A stretch of 64,000 bases of DNA, from NCBI GenBank assembly GCA_905178155.1, contig CAJINV010000020.1, positions 1 through 64,000 on the forward strand, in the 5' to 3' direction. This stretch comes from Amoebophrya sp. A120 (Eukaryota > Protista > Dinoflagellata). Position numbers and translations under genes: made by a program. Below are positions 51,557-61,698 of this stretch, piece by piece. The notes beneath the pieces were generated by a model. It was not told where the DNA came from. It was given only the letters and a program-made list of their open reading frames with translations, and did not search any database. How positions within the stretch are numbered: position 1 is the first letter of the stretch; each line of letters opens with the position of its first letter.

Positions 51557-52775
51557 CTTCGTTCTGGGTTCGTCCTGTTTATTTTCCCCTTGTTCCTGCG
51601 AAGCCGCCGAGGGAAAAACGTTCGGGTCCGAAGAACAAAATTTTGGGCCCAGGAAGAAGCCGTCGCCAGTCTGATGTGCGCTCACAGCGCAAAGGCGATC
51701 CGTTCGCCTGTACTACCGAAGCATTTTTGTTCTTTCGGGCTGGAGCTGGAAATACAACGTGGTCGACTATTAACAAGTGGAGGATGTTGATTCAATGCTT
51801 TCAACAGCTGCGTACCCGCGCCCAATGCAACATCAGGAAAAATAGAGTTAGTGTAAAAGTTATGGTCTTGTTGCTCTTTCAACGAGGAGTATGCGTGCGT
51901 GAAGGTATCTTTAAAAATACTCTCATTTGTATTACGGCAATTCATGGACGACCACACACACAGCTTCTGCACCATCTAGTAGAAACGCTTTCTTCTACTG
52001 CTCTCAAATCTATCACGTACTGTAATCCTCCTCGACCTGTGTCACTAACTCGGAGATGGTAACTTGGTGAATGTCTAACATGAGTGACAAGAACCTCATC
52101 ATACATACAACTACACGGTCGACCACCAGTCATACTGCTTTACACCACCAGGAAGGAATTTTTTCTGTGCCTCCCAGGCGCGAAGAAGACACCAGAAGTC
52201 CTACAGCTAGCGCGTTAAAAATTTCATAAGTAGTTGACGCACGAACTACAGTACCTACGCAGCTGCCTTCTACTCAGTTCTTCAACATCACCACCAACTC
52301 TCGTCGGTAGAAGTTCCGTCTGGATTGATAAACAAAGAACGGGAATGCGCTGTCGGAACGGCAACCGACAGGAACACCTCACGATCGCAAATGTTTTTAT
52401 GGAATCGTCGCAGAAAGGATGAAATCAAATGAGGGACGACAAAGATTACTGTTGGATACTTTTAAAAATTCTACACGGTTGTTCATCCGGTTGTTTTACA
52501 GAAACGCGTTGCATGTTCCGGCGCAATTCTACTCGTACTCTGTGTCGTGAGAGAACAGTGGTCTTCATCGCGAGGTCGCAGTGCAATAGTCTGTCCTGTC
52601 GCTCAAATAAAATATCAATGCTGACAACCAAGCATCATGGTGGACGTGGATGGAAGTACATCTACATCTTCGATCTGACTATGAGAACATGTTGATACAA
52701 AATTTCTCCCTGTAATAAGATCAAGATGCCACCTATGCTTTAGCTTATAGCTTTTCATATAATCATTTCAATTGT

Positions 52776-55700
52776 TCACGACAGTTCCTCCACGCATTTT
52801 CGAATCACTTCCGCGTTCGCAACCAAGAACGCGCGTGCCGGGGCGAGGTCCGCCCTGGTTACCCCGCCCCCGAACATTTGGACGATTTTCTTTTCGCACT
52901 CCCCCAGCGCCTTCTCGAAATATCAAATGTAAAAATGTCTGGGTCTGGGAGATTGCAAGATTTGTCATGCATATTTTGCATGATCCATAATGCCTGTAAT
53001 GCATGGCCTAGCATCACATATTTTTAGAGCGCTCTATCATGCCTATTCCGCATGACAAATGCCATCTCCGCGGCGCACAAAATCTACTCCTCTTACTGAT
53101 CACGCAATACAAAATTTTTTCGAATCCAGAGACAGCATCACAAGTCTAGAATCTTCCAGACCCAGACATTTTTGCATTTGATACGAAATCCAAGCCGGCG
53201 ATCGCCTCAAAGCCCTCGCGCAGCCCGGCGATGAATATGACCCGCGCAGACGTTACAATCTCAAACGCTACAATAGAATCTGGATTTTGTGATGCAAAAC
53301 GTGAAACATCTGGCCTACTCCCAAAGCAGTGCGCATGACAAGTTCCGGAGCCTCAAACCGCATCGAAATCCAGCGAACTTTGTATTGCGAAAAGCGCAAA
53401 TCTCTCTCTGCTACTCATGCTGTTTATGCAAGACAAGTCCCAGACTCTATTGTAAGGTTTGAGATTGTAACACCTGAGCGGGTTATAATGAAAGGAATCA
53501 ACTTCGGGTCGTAGGCCACCCCGGTGCAGACGTAGATATCAAATGTAAAAATGTCTGAGTCTGGAAGATTGCAACTTGTCATGCTAAATCTGCAGCATGC
53601 AGAAATCTGTGTTGCATGATTGCCAAAGGTCGCCCAGTTTTGACCAAGTCGGGAGGTAGTTTCTCATGCAGGATAGGCATGAGAAAGGTCTCGCAGAATC
53701 TGTCATGCTAGGTCCGGCATTCCAGACCTCATAGGTCATGGAAAAGCAGCATGACAAATCGCGCATTCTTCCAGACCCAGACACTTTTACACTTGATAGT
53801 AGATCTGCTCCTGCAAGTCCTGCCGCCAGTTGGATTTCCGGGCCTGGTGGTTCATCGGCGTATCATGTGCAAATATGTCTGGGTCTGGAAAAAGCAGAGA
53901 CTTGTCATGCAGGTTTTCCATGACTCATGAGGTCTGGTGTGCAGGACATAGCATGACAGATTTTGCGAGATCTTTGTCTTTCTCATGCCTATTGTGCATG
54001 AGAAACTTCTTGTAAAATTGGCCAAAAATGGACCAGGACAACCTTTGGTAATCATGCATCACAGATTTTTTCACAATCCAGAATTAGCATGACAAGTTTC
54101 ACTGTTCCAGACCCAGACATATTTGCAATCCATATGGGGCGGACACGTGCGATTGCACCGTGGCGGACAACCCCGCCTTAATTTCCGCATCCTCCTTCGT
54201 GCTCTTCCGCTTCGATTTTAACATCGGGGTCGTCGGGGTTAATATTGGGCTAGTACTTTTGACAGAATTTCTATTTTTACTGCTGGTGATGTTCTCAAAC
54301 TTGTGCAACATGGTGGAAAACCGGACCGACGGGTCTTCCAACACCTCTTTGCACGCGTTTTTCAGCCTTTCGCGGTAGGCGGCCGCGCCGGGCTCGGACA
54401 GAATGGTAGTGATCGCTTGGTCGATGCCGATTAAGTCGAACTCAATCTTGTTTCTGGTTGGTATTTCTTGGTCATGATTGTTCGACATCTTCGTCTGTGG
54501 CAGAGTATTCGTATTGCCGGGAGCTCCTTCCTGTTCGATCATCAAATTCTGCAAGTTCCCGTCGTTCGACCAAATCAACCGCCACGGGAGCCGGTCAAAA
54601 TTGTTTATCAACGCGTCGAACGCGCACATCCGACCCATCTGCTGCAGAATCCGGTCGTGGTGTTTTTGCGGCACTTGGTGCAACCCGCCGACACCCTGGA
54701 GTGTGCGCAACCCCCGGACCACCTCGAGAATACCTAGAAACTGCTTCCCGGACGACATCATCTTCTGTACGTTCACGGACGACGTGTAGGCCTCCGCTTC
54801 TTCCTCGGGGAGCTCGGTATCTATTTGCGCTTCTTTCTTCTTCACCTGCACTACCGCGGATGCTGTGCAAAAGTATCGTACTCGTACTAATTGCAAATAC
54901 GCATGTATCCCACGAAAAAAGTGTTACAGTTACACATTTGTAGTCCATTCAGCAACACAAATTTCCCTGCATGAGAGAGAAAACTTGCAATGCAGAAATC
55001 CTACGGGAAAACACCTATGAAACGAGGCTCCTATGCATATCCGGCATAACAGAGCTTGTCTGTCTTGCTTGGCCCGCAACAATGTGTAACTGTAACACTT
55101 TTTTCTTGCGATAGCATGATAAATCTTCCTCCTAAGATAAAACAGCATTACAAATTCCATTTTTCTTCTTGCCAAAATTTGTAATGCAATCTATCCTAGT
55201 ACGTTTACTTTTGCAATGCATACCGCGGACAGCAAGTCAAAGTACTCGTTTCCGTTTCCATCTTCATCCTCTTGCAGCAGGTGGATCACCCGCATGTTGG
55301 CAAAGCGAAGCACGGAAGGGTGAAAACACCTGGACAACAAAATGGCGTACACTTCCATCGCGTCGCGCTGGAATTTCCCAGCGACCAATTTTCCGTCCAC
55401 GTTGTATAGCCAGATCCCGCCAGAGCCACCGTAAACCTTGTGTGTCGCCCGCAAACCTTCCCAGCGGATCCGTTTCTGCACTTCTTCCGAGCCCATCACC
55501 GGCAACGCGCGCCATTTTTCGAATTCTTCCGCTTCGGAGGGCTTTTTCGGTGTCGATTTCATGACGGAGGATGACGCAATGCTCGTGTCTGAAATTCTCC
55601 TGCTGCTTGGCGTGTTCGGCCCGCGCCGTGGCAATACCAGGGGCTGTCCACCCCGCGGGCTTCCGTCGGCAGGCAAGGCACCACCGCACGGCTTCGGCTG

Positions 55701-58700
55701 GAAACCTCCGCCTTTCCCTTTCCCACCAAGGAAAGAACCCTTCGGCAACGGCCCGTGCCCCTTACGATACTCCTTCTGTCCCTCCTGCGGTACTTTTCCG
55801 TCCCTCAAATAGGTTTTCCACGTGTACTCCGCCCAGGATATTGCGGTGGTGGTTTCTCGGCTGTCCTCCTCTGCGGATAGTGTAAGCCCTAAAGCGGATT
55901 TCTCGTCCTTCGTTAGCCTCTGGATTATGTCGTCCTTCAGAGCTTCCTTCGCTTTTTCATCTTCTATTCCCTCACACAGCACGCAGTACGCAAGACAGGT
56001 GGCCGCGTGGTGGCGAAGTTCCTGGATAAGCACCTCTGGCTTCAACACGGACCAAACCTTCTCCGACTGTTCTACCTCTATCCTGAGTAAAAACGTACCC
56101 ACGACAGAGTTGTAATGCAGATCTGCAAAGACAGGAAGACTTGTAACGCGCATCCGCATGAGAGCCATTTCCAATCGTGTTTTGGAATTTGTGATGCTGT
56201 GAACACGATGAGCAGATGAATCTGTGACGCGGCTGCACTTGCTAACCTGCACTACACTGCAGAGCGCAACTTGTCATGCGTGACTCACAAAACTCCTAGG
56301 TTTGTGTTGCAAAATCCCCATCCTGACTCTGGTGTGGGTACGTTTTTACTCAGGATAACCTCCGAAGTGGACACATTCGGGCTGGAGGACATCCCTCCGT
56401 CGTCCTGCTCTTGCCTCTGCATCAAGTGCAAAAGTGTCTGGGTCTGGAAGAGTGTAAACTTGTCACGCAGATTCGCCATGGCAGCTCAGGTCTGGAATGC
56501 GGGACCTAGCATGACAGACTCTGTGAGGTCTCTGCCATGCCTATCTTGCATGAGAAACTCCCTTCCAACGAACTTGGCCAAAAGTGGACAGCTTTTGGCA
56601 CTCATGCAACACAGATTTTTACATGCTTCAGATTTACCATGACAAGTTGCCACCTTCCAGACCCAGACATTTTTGCAGTTGATACTCTGTGACAGTCGTC
56701 GATTGTGCGACTTTCTTTCTCGCAACGCCAGCTGCCGCTGCATCCAGTCGCCGATCGTGTGCAACACCGCCATGGCGGTCTCAAAATCGAGCAGCTGGCC
56801 GAAGATGTCTTCCCACACCCACAACTTGTTCTTCTTGTTGGTCTGTTCCACCACGGTTTTATACTTGTCAATCCGCTCCCGCAAAGCCAGGTCCCGTCCC
56901 GTCTTCGCGTCGCTCGCCTTGGTTTGCAGCGGCCCTGCGGTTGTTGTAGCAGATGAACTACCTGGAGGAGGTACTACCATTGGGGGTGCCGCAACAGGAG
57001 AAGTTGTAGCTGCACCGCTTATATTTTTACCGTCTTTCGAGGAAGTTTCTCCACCTAGACCATCAAGTTGTGGTCGTCCAGCTATAATTCCAGCACTATC
57101 GCGTGCAAATGTGCCCAGGGGGTAGGGTAGGCCCAAATCTTTTGGGCTGATAAAAATACAGCTTTTTTCGCATTTTTGGCATATTTGGTGCAAAAAAATT
57201 GCACAGCTTTGGGCCCCTTTGCGCAGACCGTATGCATTTATTGCGCCGCGGCTTCTGTGCCCCCTTTCTGTGCGCGCGCTATTCGTTTTTTTTTTTTGTG
57301 TTGCGCGATGAAGATGCTGCGGCACAGGCCGAAATCCCAATCGCGCCTCGCATTGTGGTCTTCGTGCCGGACTGTTCGTGCGCAGCTTTTCTCCCAGACG
57401 AGAAGCCGGGAAAGTTGTGGCGCAGTCTGGGGCCCAAGCGCCCCGCTTTGGCCAAGGGCTTGGGCAAGGAGTTGGCCCGATAGATGGCGGCCGCCCAAGA
57501 TGATTTGCATGTCTGGGTCGGTGCAACAAGAACAACTTGAGGCCCGAACGGACCACAATTTTGAATCTTTGCAGCCTGCACGCAACAAACTGCTGCGTGC
57601 TGCCTGCAAAGATTCGCCACCGCAAACAAATTCGCCATCATGCCGTGGCCTTTTCTGAGTGCGCAGCAGCGTGCGTATTCGTCCCGCCTTGCCAGCTGCT
57701 TCGCTCCTCGCCCGTTGCCTTGGGTCGTTTTCATCTCAGCACGGCACCAACAAGCACCTTCAACGAAAGAAGGTGTTTGGAAGTGCCTTCATTTTCACGG
57801 GAGAAAAACAATTTTTATCATGAAAAAACGCTACTTTGCGTGAAGGCTAGACCACAATTTGTGGTCGAGAAGCTGGTGGAGAAGCTGGTGTAGAAGCTAG
57901 TAGGGAAGCTTGTGAGAAAGCAACATTCCTACCAGCTTCTTTGCCCGCTCACTCAGCGCGTTGGCGACCGAGATGGAATCTTGGGCGCGGATCGATCTGC
58001 CGTGAGCGAGGAAATGCGAGCCTCTGCAGCCCACACGCAACAGCCTCCTGCGTGCTGGCTGCGTATCTTCCCGCTCGTGGATATTTGGAGTCCATTTCCC
58101 GTTTGTGGATACTTCGCCTCCTCCGGTGTATTCTCCGCAAACCTTGGCCCAACCTTTAGTCGAGCCCCCGACAGCCCAGCCTCACTCCTGCCTGCGCTAT
58201 CGCGCAGCCTCTTGCTCCTGCTCCGCCTCCGGCGCCGCGCCTGGCGGAACCTCGGGCCCCGCGCCTGGCGTGGCCCAGCCTCTGGCCGGCCCAGTCTATC
58301 TCTGGCCCTGCCCCGCCTGGCGTAGCCGGCTGGGCCTATCGTTATCTCTGCCCCACCCTCGGGCCCAGCCTCTGGCCCAAGAACGATCGAACCGCCGCCC
58401 CGGAGGTTCGGGCTTCTGAGCTGCAACACCTTCGGCGCCAGCTTTGGCACCAGCTTGCTTCGGCACCAGCTTCGGCACCAACTTCGCCACCAGCCTTAGC
58501 ACAAGCTTTTTTGCAGCTTTTTGCTATTTTTCTTGGGTGCTACCCTACCCCCTGGGCACATTTGCATTTGATAAGCACCGCCTGACGACGATGTGGATGT
58601 GGCTTTTTTCCCCAGACCAAGAAAATTCTTCACGCCCCCAAGACCCTGCGTCTTGATCTCCTCCTTCGCTGCCGCCGCGTGCGTGATTTCTTGTTTCTAT

Positions 58701-61698
58701 GAAAAGGAAAAATCCCCCCTCCCCATATCAAAAAGGAGATCTGTGATGCTGGATTTGCGTGGGCGTGGGCGAAACTGGTACCGCTAAGAAGAAGTGGAAC
58801 AGTCAGCAGCCCGAACTCATCGGTTTTGCCAGGTCCACAACCCCCTGGGGGTGAGAAAAGGGGGTGGCTCCGCGTGGCAGCGATCAAAGATCACTGCCTG
58901 GAAGAAGGAATGGGAGCCTCTTTTCAGAAGTACTCCGCAAACCTAAGCCAACCACTGCCCCCAATTTCACAAACTCGCGTCAGCCATCGAGAACCGATGA
59001 GACGGAGACCCCGGACACCCTTCCCAACGACCGAATACTGATAGGGAGAAGTGGGCCCCACAGTTTAGACGGAAGTCGAGGTATAGTCCCGGAGGGCACA
59101 CAATGTATGACTGCTCCCCCTGGCGAAAGCCGCGTCGTTTCAGCGCTATGGAACAGTTTGGCGATCTACAAGGTGCTCAACTGTACTCAGCGGCGAGCAC
59201 GAAGAGCTAGGGACGTGCTGGATTTGCGTACACAAATCAGATTTGTATAGCAGGAAGGCATTGCGGCCAGATCCCCAGGCTTGGTAGGGGCGTATGGGTC
59301 TAGTTGTTCAGCATTGCAAACGGCTGACCTTTAGGCCCTACAGCATGAGAAATCGCCTCCATAATGGGGCGGAAGCTTCTGCCCTTGTCTTCTTGCAAGA
59401 CAAACGTGATTTGTGACCTCAAATCAGCAACACAAATCTTCGGAAAGATACCTTTTCGATATGGGGAGGGGGGATTTTTCCCCTCAATAGTTTCCGCTGC
59501 TGGTACACCTGGTCGTTTTTCGAGTTGTGGTCAAAATTCAGAAAAACCCGGTCGCCAATCACGTCGGCCGCGGTTAAGGTTGGCATCCCCCCCATCTGCT
59601 GCCTCTGCAGGTGGAAGAGAATCTCGGTTTCCAGGCGACCGAGTTCCTCGATGAAGTTCGGCCGGGGGTCGATGATCGACCGCTTATCCTTTAGATAGTA
59701 AAACGCCTCGTTCAGCCGAAAGTGCTTGTATTCCATCAAATACGCGTATCCAGGAAAAAAACTGTGTTAGTGTAACTTTCTTTTTGGTTGACAGCATCAC
59801 AAATTTGCTCTACATGACAGAGAAAACCTGTCATGCGTGACTTGTAAGGGAAAACACACACGAATAGAGGACTTCGTGGCTGTCTGGCATGACAGGTGTA
59901 ACTCTGTTGCATGTTCTGCATCACAAGTTTACACTGACACAGTTTTTTTCTTGCATAACGCGATGATCGTTGACGCCGACCGGGACACGCCCTGCGTGCA
60001 ATGTACCAAAATCTATCAAACGGAAAAATCCCCCCTCCCCATATCGAAATGGAAATCTGTGATGCAGGATTTGAGGTACCAAATCGACTTGTCATGCTAG
60101 AAGGCCAAGAGCCGCAGTCGTGGTCTCGTTTGCAGGCAATTTGTCATGCTGTTTCTCACTCTCAGCTGCCTCCTATCATGCTGAAGATGCAAGGCTCCCC
60201 CACGCCACCCAGCACCACAGTCCGCATCTTTTCCCGTGTAGCATGACAAAGCTGATTTGTGACAACAAATCTGCATCACAGATTTCCGTTTTGATATGGG
60301 GAGGGGGGATTTTTCCTTTTGATAAAATCCGGTTTTTGTTTTCCGGGTCGTTGATGTGGACGTCATTGATGTACCGGGCAGCGTCCCGCAACCCGTTTTC
60401 CAGCAGTTTTTCGTCCTGCGTGTCGTTCAACGGGATGGTTTTCTCCACGAACCGGTTTTGCAGTGGCAGCGGCAGGTAGTTCACCAGCTCCACTGCCACA
60501 TTTAAAATGTGCGTGATTTTCGTCCTCTCGATCAGCTCGATCTCGTTCTCCGCGTTCCGTCGCCCCCCGAGAAACAGCCAGGGGAAAATCTCGCTATCCT
60601 GTGCAAAAGTATCGTACTCGTAGTAATTGATGTGTTTATGCATTACAAATCTCTTCAAGGTAAAACAGCATCACAAATTCAATTTGTAATGCTGAGGGAA
60701 TTTGTAATGCAATTTATACTAGTACGATGCTTTTGCATTGCATATTCGCTGCTGTGCGAGGACCAATGGTCGTTGAAAAATTCGACGCGGATGTCCTTCT
60801 CGCACCGCGTATCAAATGCAAATATGTCTGGGTCTGGAAACTTGTGATGCAAGCCCGCGAACAATAAGTGCTCTATAATGCGCCGCCAAGCATGACAAGT
60901 CTTTTCGTGCTTCTGTGTCTGTGATGCGTATTTCGCATGAGAAAGAAAAGCTGCGCTTTTGAATGACAGGCAAGAGGGCCTCTTGGTGGCCACGCAATAC
61001 AGAGGGCAGAGTCATGCCAGACTAGCATGACAAATCTCACAATCTTCCAGACCCAGACCCAGTATTTGCATTTGATACCGCGGGCACTTCTGCCACTGGA
61101 TCCCGGCGGACTCGGAGCTGGTCGGAATCGTGGGGTCCTGCGACGATCCCGCGGTGGACATCCCGGAGTACGGTTCCTCAACCACCGCCTCAATCGCGTG
61201 CATGTCGTCCACCTGCTGTGCCCGCTGCTGCAGCGCGTTGTCTTCCGCAGCGAAGTTCACGGGTTGGCTATTACAATGAACAATGGCCCCACCCCGGCAT
61301 TTGCAGAAGTTTGTCATGCAAAGTTAAAGTTTCCAAATGAAAGCTTTTTGTCTTGCATAAAAGGATTGTGAGCGTTTCTGATGCAGAATCTGGGTGCGCA
61401 AGGTGCCTTGTGCATAAGAGATCCGGCTGCTGTTGGGCTACTTCGCAACACAAATTTGACCTATTCTGCATGGAAAATTTGTGATGCTGAGATATGCAAG
61501 ACGGGGAATGTTTCTGTTGGAAAGGTTTGCAATACAAATGCTGCCAGGCTTTGGGTGGGGGCATTTTTCATTGTAATATTGGCCTTTCCGAAACTGCCCG
61601 CGCGCCGACATGGCGGGCCGGCTGCCCGTTGGGGGCGGGGGCGCTGCGGCCTTCTTGCCTTTGCCCGGCTGCTGGGCTTGCTTGCCGTCGCCTTTCAT
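52776..61698 (-). CDS. Zn-finger + dual-specificity phosphatase + actin-fragmin-kinase-like protein, 1124 aa, 15 exons
   Basis: CPRC..H...H finger; SEIFPWLFLG, THILNVA, VHCTQGVSRSASTIIAYLM, IDPRPNF; GGSGGIW, GRMCAFDALINNFDRLP, NDGNLQNLM, IGIDQ. Removing 14 elements plus 5 nt each leaves 3375 nt in one open frame. Confidence 0.88.
52921..53183. mobile_element. Introner, GTCTGGGTCTGG family
   Basis: Target duplication CGAAA. Confidence 0.92.
53236..53487. mobile_element. Introner (GTTACAATCTCAAAC TIR)
   Basis: Target duplication ATGAA. Confidence 0.9.
53537..53798. mobile_element. Introner, GTCTGGGTCTGG family
   Basis: Target duplication GTAGA. Confidence 0.92.
53861..54134. mobile_element. 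Introner, GTCTGGGTCTGG family, diverged target duplication
   Basis: TGCAAATATGTCTGGGTCTGGAA TIR; flanks CGGCG/TGGGG; +5 removal is in frame. Confidence 0.85.
54859..55222. mobile_element. Introner, TGCAAAAGTA family
   Basis: Target duplication CCGCG; left end GAT rather than TAT. Confidence 0.85.
56079..56357. mobile_element. Introner (TATCCTGAGTAAAAACGTACCCAC perfect TIR)
   Basis: Target duplication ACCTC. Confidence 0.92.
56420..56684. mobile_element. Introner, GTCTGGGTCTGG family
   Basis: Target duplication CTCTG; left end CAT rather than TAT. Confidence 0.9.
57097..58573. mobile_element. Large (1477 bp) introner
   Basis: TATC...TGCAAATGTGCCCAGGGGGTAGGGTAG TIR; target duplication AGCAC; join GGA|GIIAG. 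Confidence 0.9.
58698..59489. mobile_element. Introner, GAAAAATCCCCCCTCCCCATATC family, with nested insertion
   Basis: Target duplication GTTTC. Confidence 0.9.
59747..59957. mobile_element. Introner (AAAAAACTGTGT.AGTGTAA TIR)
   Basis: Target duplication ACGCG; join IIA|YLM. Confidence 0.9.
60014..60324. mobile_element. Introner, GAAAAATCCCCCCTCCCCATATC family
   Basis: Target duplication AAATC; join NRIL|VHC. Confidence 0.92.
60595..60744. mobile_element. Introner, TGCAAAAGTATCG family
   Basis: Target duplication CTCGC/TTCGC; join SSE|IFPW. Confidence 0.9.
60810..61077. mobile_element. Introner, GTCTGGGTCTGG family
   Basis: Target duplication CCGCG; join CPR|CEK. Confidence 0.92.
61269..61578. 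mobile_element. Introner (TATTACAATGAA.AATG.CCCCACCC TIR)
   Basis: Target duplication TTGGC; join KGQ|PVNF. Confidence 0.92.

Noticed and set aside
56486-57625. 379-aa ORF as a standalone gene
   Set aside because: Chimeric read-through of introner sequence plus one true exon (approximately 56685-57096)
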